Part shown: positions 8,010 to 16,467 of the stretch, one piece after another
Position numbering within the stretch: the first letter of the stretch is position 1
Layout: every line of letters begins with the position of its first letter
DNA from: a bacterium
GTDB lineage: Bacteria; Acidobacteriota; Blastocatellia; HR10
DNA: 26,721 nt
Reading direction: 5' to 3'
NCBI GenBank assembly: GCA_041640655.1
Contig: JBEPZV010000034.1
Span: 1 to 26,721, forward strand
The notes under the pieces: model-generated
What the model was told of the DNA's origin: nothing
The model's input: the letters and a program-made list of their open reading frames with translations, nothing else
Database searches by the model: none
Position numbers and translations under genes: made by a program

Positions 8010-10012
8010 GCCGATTCGATCACCCAGGTCTCGAAAAGCTCGGGCTCCACTTCGGTGATGAACCGGGAGGGGCGGAGCAGGATCGTGCGCGCGCCCTCGC
8101 GGGCGATGAGCGGATAGCAGATGTACAGCTCGTCCTTGGCGCGGGTGAGGGCGACGTAGAAGAGCCGGCGCTCTTCCTCCAGCGCCTCCTGGTCATGCAG
8201 TGAGCGGGCCGTGGGGAAGCGTCCGTCGGCGACCCAAATCAGGAAGACGACACGCCACTCCAGCCCCTTCGCTTGATGGATCGAGGAGAGAACAAGGTAT
8301 TCGTCTTCGCCCTCAGCCCCGTCCACGATGTCTTCGCCGTAGAGTCCGTCGCGCATGGAGAAGCGCTCTTGTCCGAGGAGCGCGACATCGCTCAGGAAGT
8401 GGTCGGTCGAGGGGTATCGGGCGGCGAATTGCGCGAGCTGGCGCAGATCTTCCAGTCGCATCTCAGCATTGCTGTAGGTCGCGCGCACGTGATCCGCGTA
8501 ACTGCTGGCGAGGACCGTCTCGATCTGCGCGGCGGGGCGATTCGCGATGGGCTCGCTGAGGAGCGCACCGATCAGCTCGCGCAGCTCGTGCCATCCCGAA
8601 TGGGCGCGACGGGGAATGAGACCGCGCGTCTGCGCGTCTTCGAGCGCGCGCGCGAGATCGGCGCTCCCGGCCAGAATCGGCCAGACGCGTTCGATCGTGC
8701 GCTGACCGATGCCGGGCACCAGGCGCAGGATGCGCCGCCAGGCCAATTCATCGCGCGCGTTCACGACGACGCGCAGATAGGCGAGCACGTCTTTGACATG
8801 CGCCTGTTCGAAGAAGCGCAATCCGGAGCGAACGACGTAGGGGATGCGCCGCCGCATGAGTTCGATCTGCAGCTCCATCGAATGGTAATGCGACCGATAG
8901 AGCACGGCGATCTCCGAGAGCGGCACCCCGTCTTCGTACAACTCCAGAACGCGCGTGGCGACGAAGGCCGCTTGCTCGTAAACATCCTGCGCGGGCACAA
9001 GAGCGGGCTTCGGTCCATCCGGACGCCGCGCGCGCAACGCCTTCGGGAACTGCCGCTCGTTGTGGCGGATGGAGGCGTTGGCCAGGGCCAGGATCTGTGG
9101 CGTGCTGCGATAGTTCGTCTCCAGGCGGTAGATGCGCGCGTCCGGATAGCGCTCGGGAAACTCGTAGATGTTGCGGAAATCGGTCCCGCGCCAGCTGTAG
9201 ATCGTCTGGCAGTCGTCGCCGACGACCATGACGTTGCGGTGCCGCCCGGCCAGCCGATCCACGATCTCCGCCTGCAGACGGTTCGTGTCCTGATATTCGT
9301 CCACGAGGATGTGCTGGAACTGCTCGGCGTAGAGGGCTTCGATCTCCGGGTGCTCACAGAGCAATCGCCACCAATTCACGAGCAGGTCATCGTAGTCCAT
9401 CACATTCTCGCGCCGCTTGCGCTCGGCGTACTCCTGCGCGACGCGCTCGATCTCCGGCAGCAGCGGCTCGAAGTACGGGAAGCGCGTGAGGACGATCTCC
9501 TCCAGCGATCGCCCTGTGTTGCGGGAGAGGCTGAGGATGTCCTGTAGGACTTCCCCACGGGGGAACCGCCGCGCGCGGGTATCCAGGCCACAGGCGCGCA
9601 CGCATGCCTCGAGCAGCTCGCGCGCATCCTCACTGTCGAGGATCGTGAAGTTCGGATGATAGCCGAGCGCCTCCGCGTGCCGGCGCAGGAAGCGATTGGC
9701 GATGTGATGGAATGTCCCGCCCCAAATTCGGCGGCACTCCGTCTGCAGAAGCGCCTCGACGCGCTGGAGCATGCTGCGCGCGGCCTTGTTGGTGAAGGTC
9801 ATCAGCAGCACCCGCGATTGATCCACGCCCTGTTCCACGAGCCAGGCGACGCGATACGTGATCACGCGCGTCTTGCCCGAGCCAGCGCCCGCGATCACCA
9901 GCGCCGGCCCTTCACCCGAGGTGACCGCGGCGTATTGCTCCTCGTTCAGCTCGGCTCGGTAATTGATCAGCGTGCGCCGGATCACCGCGCGCTTGATGAC
10001 GTATCGTCTCAT
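8006..10012 (-). CDS. UvrD/PcrA/Rep family SF1 ATP-dependent DNA helicase
   Basis: LNEEQ, AGAGSGKT (Walker A), TFTNKAA, GTFH, LVDEYQDTN, VGDD.Q.IYSWRG, LETNYRST, SIHQAKGLEW and EERRLFYVALTRAK. Start placed at ATG 10012 (MRRYVIKR); the ORF is open to 10096. Confidence 0.95.
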   Translation of the reverse strand: MRRYVIKRAVIRRTLINYRAELNEEQYAAVTSGEGPALVIAGAGSGKTRVITYRVAWLVEQGVDQSRVLLMTFTNKAARSMLQRVEALLQTECRRIWGGTFHHIANRFLRRHAEALGYHPNFTILDSEDARELLEACVRACGLDTRARRFPRGEVLQDILSLSRNTGRSLEEIVLTRFPYFEPLLPEIERVAQEYAERKRRENVMDYDDLLVNWWRLLCEHPEIEALYAEQFQHILVDEYQDTNRLQAEIVDRLAGRHRNVMVVGDDCQTIYSWRGTDFRNIYEFPERYPDARIYRLETNYRSTPQILALANASIRHNERQFPKALRARRPDGPKPALVPAQDVYEQAAFVATRVLELYEDGVPLSEIAVLYRSHYHSMELQIELMRRRIPYVVRSGLRFFEQAHVKDVLAYLRVVVNARDELAWRRILRLVPGIGQRTIERVWPILAGSADLARALEDAQTRGLIPRRAHSGWHELRELIGALLSEPIANRPAAQIETVLASSYADHVRATYSNAEMRLEDLRQLAQFAARYPSTDHFLSDVALLGQERFSMRDGLYGEDIVDGAEGEDEYLVLSSIHQAKGLEWRVVFLIWVADGRFPTARSLHDQEALEEERRLFYVALTRAKDELYICYPLIAREGARTILLRPSRFITEVEPELFETWVIESA

Positions 10013-10095
10013 CTCCGTGCCCTCGACTTCCGGAGGGTGCTCTCGCGAATGTCGTGAGCCGCGCGCGGTCGGGCCGTCATCCGAGGCGTCGAACA

Positions 10096-11259
<1,164 letters not shown>

Positions 11260-11332
11260 GAGGTTTCTCTCCATCGGAAGCCCTCGGCGATCCACCCCAT
11301 CGCCCGAAGGCCTCCTTGCGACTCGCGGTTGG

Positions 11333-11362
11333 AGTTTAGGGAGAGCCTTCTGATGAAGTCAA
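11333..11362 (-). promoter_or_regulatory. Putative sigma-70 promoter of sucC
   Basis: Minus strand TTGACT-N18-TAAACT. Confidence 0.55.
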
Positions 11363-11437
11363 GGCGGCCGCGCCCTCTCGTGAGCGGCTGCATCGCTCAG
11401 CGCAGGCCAGCTCGAGAGGCACACGCCCTCCCGAGCG

Positions 11438-11467
11438 TTGGCGATGTGGCCCGCTCGATGCTAAGAT
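11438..11467 (+). promoter_or_regulatory. Putative sigma-70 promoter of the pfp-SIS operon
   Basis: TTGGCG-N18-TAAGAT with extended -10 TG. SD GGGAGG precedes ATG 11509. Confidence 0.45.
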
Positions 11468-11508
11468 TAGGCCTTCATGCCGGTTGAGGGGGAAAGGGAG
11501 GCATCAGC

Positions 11509-12819
11509 ATGAGCGGCGCGCGTTCAGAACGGGTGGGGATTTTGGTCGGAGGCGGTCCGGCGCCTGGGATCAACGGCGTCATCAGCGCAGTGACCCTCGA
11601 GGCGCGCAACCGCGGATATGAAGTCGTGGGGATCTATGACGGCTTCGCGTGGTTGATGAAGGGGGAGACCAGCCGCGTGCGGCTTTTGGATCACGACGAG
11701 GTCTCGCGCATCCATTTTCAAGGCGGCTCGATCCTGAACACGTCGCGGGCGAATCCGACGCGTCGGCCGGAGGATTTGGAGCGCGTCGTCGCGGCGCTCG
11801 AAGCTCTGGGCGTGCGACACCTGGTGACGATTGGGGGCGACGATACGATGTACGCCGCTCATTGCGTGGCGCGGCAGGCCGCGGGACGCATCCGCGTCTG
11901 TCATGTTCCCAAGACGATTGATAATGACCTGCCCTTGCCGGGGGACATGCCGACCTTCGGTTTCGAGACGGCGCGGCAGCTCATCTTCGAGCTGTTGCGG
12001 AATCTCATGGAGGATTCGCGGACGACGAACCGATGGTATTTCGTCGTCGTGATGGGGCGATCCGCCGGACATCTCGCTCTGCAGAGCGGGACGGCCGCCG
12101 GGGTGACGACGATCATCCTTCCGGAGGAGTTCCCGGGCGTTGTGCACCTGGAGACGCTGGCCGATGTGTTGGAGGGGGCGATCCTCAAGCGACGCGCGTT
12201 CTGGCAGCGGCGCGACGGCGTGGCTGTGATCGCCGAGGGCTTGCTGGAGCGCATCCCAGAGAGCGAGTTGAGCGGGATCGAAGGCGTGCGCCTCACGCGC
12301 GACGAATACGGCCACTTGCGGCTGGCCGAAATGGACCTGGCGCATATCCTCAAGACGATCGTCGAGCGCCGATTCGCCGCCCGTGGTGATGCGCTCACGA
12401 TCGTCCATAAGACGATCGGCTACGAAGTGCGTTCAGCCCCTCCGATCGCCTTCGACTGCCACTATGTGAAGACGCTCGGCTACGGGGCCGTCGAATTCTT
12501 GCTCAACCCCGCGCCGGAGCACCGGGGATGGCCGGGAGCGTTGGTCTGCGTCGTGAGCGGGCAGCTTCGGTATCTGCCCTTTGAGGAATTGATGGACCCG
12601 GCAACAGGGCGCACGCGCATTCGCGTGGTGGATGTCACGGCGCCGATGTATCGGATCGCGCGCGAGTACATGATCCGACTCGAACGCGAGGATCTCGAGG
12701 ATGAGCGCCGATTGGCCGAGCTGGCGCGCGCGGCCTCGACCAAGCAATATGCGATGACGCCGGAGGAGTTCCGGCGGCGGTTCCAGCATGTCGTCACAGA
12801 CCTCGTCGGAGGCATGTGA
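11509..12819 (+). CDS. pfp: Pyrophosphate-dependent 6-phosphofructokinase (PfkA family)
   Basis: GGGPAPGINGVI, IGGDDT (Asp in the GGDD motif indicates PPi type), PKTIDND, MGR and IGYEVR. Confidence 0.9.
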   Translation: MSGARSERVGILVGGGPAPGINGVISAVTLEARNRGYEVVGIYDGFAWLMKGETSRVRLLDHDEVSRIHFQGGSILNTSRANPTRRPEDLERVVAALEALGVRHLVTIGGDDTMYAAHCVARQAAGRIRVCHVPKTIDNDLPLPGDMPTFGFETARQLIFELLRNLMEDSRTTNRWYFVVVMGRSAGHLALQSGTAAGVTTIILPEEFPGVVHLETLADVLEGAILKRRAFWQRRDGVAVIAEGLLERIPESELSGIEGVRLTRDEYGHLRLAEMDLAHILKTIVERRFAARGDALTIVHKTIGYEVRSAPPIAFDCHYVKTLGYGAVEFLLNPAPEHRGWPGALVCVVSGQLRYLPFEELMDPATGRTRIRVVDVTAPMYRIAREYMIRLEREDLEDERRLAELARAASTKQYAMTPEEFRRRFQHVVTDLVGGM

Positions 12820-12821
12820 AC

Positions 12822-13478
12822 ATGAGGGGGCGACTCGAGACGCGCGAAGTGACGACCGTTCGTCGCTACGAATCGGCCGTTCGAGAGTTCTTGGACATCG
12901 CGCTCGCCCAATTGCAAGCGCTGCGGCAACGACTCACCCCCGGGTATTTCGATCAAGCCGTGGAGCTGATCCGGCGAGCCGAACAGCGCGGCGGGCGCGT
13001 GCACGTCACGGGCGTGGGCAAGCCCGAACATGTGGCGACGTATATCGCTTCGCTGCTGAACAGCACGGGCACGCCCGCCTATTTCCTGCATGGGACGGAG
13101 GCCGTGCACGGAAGTGCCGGACAGGTCCTGCCCGGCGACGTCGTCATCGCTATCTCCAACAGCGGGGAGACGCAGGAGCTGAAAGAGACGGTCATGACCG
13201 TCAAGCGCATCGGCGCGCACATCATCGGCGTCAGTGGGCAGCCGCAGTCTTGGCTGGCGCGACATTCGGACGTCTTCCTCTACGCGGGGGTCACGCACGA
13301 AGGCGATCCCCTCAATCTCCCGCCCCGCGCGAGCGTCCTGGCTGAGATCTACGTGCTGGCCGCTCTCTCCGTCGCATTGCAGGTGGAGAAGGGCCTCACC
13401 CGACAGCAGTATCATCTCCTGCATCCGAAGGGACGGTTGGGGCAGCTCTCCTCAGAAGATGGTTCATCTCCGGCATAA
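12822..13478 (+). CDS. KpsF/GutQ-like SIS-domain sugar-phosphate isomerase lacking CBS domains (arabinose-5-phosphate isomerase-like)
   Basis: VTGVGKPEHVA, STGTPAYFLHGTEAVHG, AISNSGET.E, EGDPLNLPP.AS and HLLHPKGRLG. The protein ends where the CBS pair would begin. An alternative GTG start is at 12816. Confidence 0.85.
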   Translation: MRGRLETREVTTVRRYESAVREFLDIALAQLQALRQRLTPGYFDQAVELIRRAEQRGGRVHVTGVGKPEHVATYIASLLNSTGTPAYFLHGTEAVHGSAGQVLPGDVVIAISNSGETQELKETVMTVKRIGAHIIGVSGQPQSWLARHSDVFLYAGVTHEGDPLNLPPRASVLAEIYVLAALSVALQVEKGLTRQQYHLLHPKGRLGQLSSEDGSSPA

Positions 13479-13553
13479 TCCGTCGCGTGGGGGAACAAAA
13501 GGGGGCCGTTCTTCCTAGGCCTCAATCGCGAGCATTACTCCTCTGGGAGACCC

Positions 13554-14294
13554 TCACTTGAGAAAGTCCACAATCCGGCCCAGGGTATCCAAGACCTTGG
13601 GATTGCTCAAAATGACGAGGGCGATCACAACGTAAAGGATCATCTTGACGCGGAAGAGCTCACCTCTCATCTCTTCGCGCACTTGCGCAATGTCTCGCTT
13701 CAACTCATCCCGGATCTGGTACATCTCGGCGCGGACGGCGGCGATGTCCCCCTTCAGCTCATCCCGAACGGCGGCGATGTCCCCCTTCAGCTCGTCCCGA
13801 ATCTGATACATCTCGGTGCGGACGGCGGCGATGTCCCCCTTCAGCTCGTCCCGAATCTGATACATCTCGGTGCGGACGGCGGCGATGTCCCCCTTCAGCT
13901 CGTCCCGAATCTGATACATCTCGGCGCGGACGGCGGCGATGTCCCCCTTCAGCTCGTCCCGAATCTGATACATCTCGGTGCGGACGGCGGCGATGTCCCC
14001 CTTCAGCTCGTCCCGAATCTGATACATCTCGGTGCGGACGGCGGCGATGTCCCCCTTCAATTCGTCCCGAACGGCGGCGATGTCCCCTTTCAGCTCTTCG
14101 CGAACGGCAGCGATCTCTTCTCTGAGCTTATAGAACTCATCCTTGGTTTCCTCGCGGAGCTTATAGATGTCTTCCTTCGTCGCCGCGTGGGTTTGAGCCA
14201 CCTCTTGGATGTACTGCAACAGTGCCGCCGTGGCCTCATCCCCTAGCTTCTCCCGCAGCAACCGATAAGCTTCGAAGGTGTGCGCGTTCGGCAT
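13554..14294 (-). CDS. DUF1640/CCDC90-like (head-neck-stalk-anchor) coiled-coil membrane protein
   Basis: Helical head (HTFEAYRLLREKLGDEATAALL), neck motif AATKEDI, long repetitive coiled coil, and C-terminal hydrophobic anchor (MILYVVIALVILS). Start placed at ATG 14294. Confidence 0.8.
   Translation of the reverse strand: MPNAHTFEAYRLLREKLGDEATAALLQYIQEVAQTHAATKEDIYKLREETKDEFYKLREEIAAVREELKGDIAAVRDELKGDIAAVRTEMYQIRDELKGDIAAVRTEMYQIRDELKGDIAAVRAEMYQIRDELKGDIAAVRTEMYQIRDELKGDIAAVRTEMYQIRDELKGDIAAVRDELKGDIAAVRAEMYQIRDELKRDIAQVREEMRGELFRVKMILYVVIALVILSNPKVLDTLGRIVDFLK
13677..14099 (-). repeat. In-frame coding tandem repeat: six 54-bp units (DELKGDIAAVR[T/A]EMYQIR) and three 33-bp units ([D/E]ELK[G/R]DIA[A/Q]VR)
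   Basis: Near-identical nucleotide copies of cggacggcggcgatgtcccccttcagctcgtcccgaatctgatacatctcgg[t/c]g on the + strand. Unit order along the protein is 11-18-18-18-18-18-11-18-11 aa. Confidence 0.97.
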
Positions 14295-14306
14295 AGTTCG
14301 TCGAAG

Positions 14307-14335
14307 ACTATAGCACGATTCGCGTTTGGCGTCGA
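14307..14335 (-). promoter_or_regulatory. Putative sigma-70 promoter giving a near-leaderless transcript of the coiled-coil gene
   Basis: Minus strand TCGACG-N17-TATAGT with extended TG. Only 12 nt separate the -10 box from the ATG, and no SD is present. Confidence 0.55.
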
Positions 14336-14370
14336 GAGAGGATAGACTGACCGCGTGGCAGGGGGCGATC

Positions 14371-15522
14371 TCACGTCTCCCCCTCGCCCTCACGGGGTGT
14401 GTGAGGGCGAAACCGATGAGGATGAAAGGGCGCGAGATCTCTGCTCGTCCGTCCGGAGGTGATCAGCTCCGCGATGAGGCGGGCTGTGATCGGGGCCAGC
14501 AATATCCCATTGCGGAAGTGGCCAGTGGCGATGAGGAGTCCGGGTTCGGCTTCCCCCAAGATGGGGAGATGATCAGGCGTATCGGGGCGAAATCCGGCCC
14601 ATGCTTCCACGAATGTGCACTGTTCGATGGCCGGGAGGACTTGCCGGGCTGCGATGAGGAGACGAAGGAGCGCTTCGGCCGTCACGCGCCTCTCGTAACC
14701 GACATCTTCCATCGTGCTGCCGATGAGCAGGCGGCCATCGCGGCGGGGAACGATATAGCAGTGGGCCGAGTGCACGACGTGTTCAAGAAGTGGCGCGCGC
14801 GCTTGGAGGACGAGGATTTGCCCGCGAATGGGTTTAACCGGAGGCGAGGGGTACCGTTCCGGGTCCACCGTCGCCGCCCACGCGCCGGCGCAATTGATGG
14901 TGACGGCCGCTGCGTACCGCTCTCGATTCGTGCGCACGCCGACCACGCGGTCCCCCTCGCGCACGAGGCCGAGCACGGGCCAACCCGTCACCAGGTCCAC
15001 GCCTTGGCGCTGTGCGGCGAGAACAAGGGCGTCTGTGAGCTTTCGATTATCCACTTGATGGTCCTCTGGCAGAAAGAGGCCCATTTGTATGGCCCCAGAG
15101 AGCGCCGGCTCCAGATGGCGCACATCCTCGGCCGTCAGATCCTCGACGGTCAAGCCCGCGGCCTTTTGCTTCTCATAGGCGGCGGCGAGAATCTCCCCCT
15201 CGGTGAAGTCGGCAGCCAGAAACACTGTTCCTTCGCGGCGATACTCAACGGAGAGGCCCGTCACCGCCTCGATCTCGGCGACGAAATCGGGATAGAGCTG
15301 CAAACTCGCTCGACAGAGCTCGAAGAAGGGGCCCTGTGGCTCGTGCAGCGCCTCGGATTGAGGGGCGAGCATACCGGCCGCCGCATGCGACGCCTCGCGT
15401 CCGGGCTCCCCTCGCTCAATGAGTCGGACGCGCAATCCCTCTTTCGCCACCGCATAGGCGATCGCGCATCCGATGATTCCTCCTCCAATGACGATGACGT
15501 CCGAGGTCTTCGTGCTCCTCAT
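14371..15522 (-). CDS. thiO: Glycine oxidase ThiO (FAD-dependent D-amino acid oxidase family)
   Basis: VIGGGIIG, EASHAAAGMLAP, VKPIRGQI, YIVPRRDGRLLIGST, WAGFRP.TPD.LPILG and ATGHFRNGILLAP. Confidence 0.9.
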   Translation of the reverse strand: MRSTKTSDVIVIGGGIIGCAIAYAVAKEGLRVRLIERGEPGREASHAAAGMLAPQSEALHEPQGPFFELCRASLQLYPDFVAEIEAVTGLSVEYRREGTVFLAADFTEGEILAAAYEKQKAAGLTVEDLTAEDVRHLEPALSGAIQMGLFLPEDHQVDNRKLTDALVLAAQRQGVDLVTGWPVLGLVREGDRVVGVRTNRERYAAAVTINCAGAWAATVDPERYPSPPVKPIRGQILVLQARAPLLEHVVHSAHCYIVPRRDGRLLIGSTMEDVGYERRVTAEALLRLLIAARQVLPAIEQCTFVEAWAGFRPDTPDHLPILGEAEPGLLIATGHFRNGILLAPITARLIAELITSGRTSRDLAPFHPHRFRPHTPREGEGET

Positions 15523-16238
15523 CGTCGGTGGAGGCGTCCCCCGGCGATCCGTTCCGCCAGAGCCTTCGCCTCCTCGTAATGTTTGAACCGCTTCTCGGCG
15601 GCGCGGAACGCGGCCGTGTGGTAGTAGCGCTTGCCGTTGATCGTGCGCGGCGGATACACGAGATGCAGCATCTCGTGGAAGAGGACGTACTCGAAGAAGA
15701 ATTCAGGGATGCGTGGATCATCGAGCAGGCGACTGATGACGAGCGTCCGATGCGTGTGATCGAGGTGGCCGAGCACAGTCCGGCTCCGATAGGGACTCCA
15801 GGTCAAGATCGGCATCCGAAGCGCGCCGCCGAAGTAGAGTCGGTTCAGGCGCTGGAAGGCCTGTTCGAGATTCCGATACCGTCCTTGGGGGCCGAGGATG
15901 CGCTTGCGCCCGCGCTCGCGGCGCGCCTGCTCGGCCGCCCGGATGACGGCGGGGTCAGCCGTGTAGGCGCGGTAAATGCGTTCGAACTCCTCATCCACCT
16001 TTCGCCGGAAGAGCTTGGCCACCAGGATATGGGCGAGCGCGTAGTGGACGCGCCGCGGGGCATCGCGCAGGATGTCGGAGAGCTTCACGTACAGGCGGTG
16101 GCTGCGCAAGCGGATGTAGCTGTTGAGGCCCGCGAACGGATAGAACCCCACCTCGATCTCCGGCACTGATCGCCGACCCGTGATCTCGCGCACGGCCTCA
16201 GCGAAAATCCGTCTCAACTCGGCTTCCGTGACCGCCAC
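15519..16238 (-). CDS. SprT/M48-like zincin metallopeptidase family protein
   Basis: F.RLNRLYFGG.L, LGH, ISRLLD, YVLFHEMLH (HExxH) and a downstream HT..FR..E. GTG start at 16238 follows AGGAGAAGGAG. ATGA overlap with thiO. Confidence 0.85.
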   Translation of the reverse strand: MAVTEAELRRIFAEAVREITGRRSVPEIEVGFYPFAGLNSYIRLRSHRLYVKLSDILRDAPRRVHYALAHILVAKLFRRKVDEEFERIYRAYTADPAVIRAAEQARRERGRKRILGPQGRYRNLEQAFQRLNRLYFGGALRMPILTWSPYRSRTVLGHLDHTHRTLVISRLLDDPRIPEFFFEYVLFHEMLHLVYPPRTINGKRYYHTAAFRAAEKRFKHYEEAKALAERIAGGRLHRR

Positions 16239-16284
16239 AGCGCTCCTTCTCCTTGCGGAGAATCTCCGAGAAAGACAGTGTGTG

Positions 16285-16314
16285 ATGTTAGCCAAAACCG
16301 CCCGAGGGCGTCAA
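16285..16314 (-). promoter_or_regulatory. Putative sigma-70 promoter of SprT-like/thiO
   Basis: Minus strand TTGACG-N18-TAACAT. Confidence 0.5.
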
Positions 16315-16467
16315 ACGCGCGCCCGGCGGCTCTTCCTCCAGCCGCGGGAGCCTCCCATCTGTGGAAAATTCGGTTCGAGATTGGTATCATGAGGGCCTGA
16401 ACAGCGTGTCCTCATCTTCGGTGAATCCTCCTCTTGGGGGATTCCCTGGAGCGCGAGGAGGAGGCGT

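Noticed and set aside
13677..14099. Regular repeats resembling a CRISPR array
   Set aside because: Units are contiguous with no unique spacers, are multiples of 3, lie in frame within a coiled-coil CDS, and no cas genes are present.
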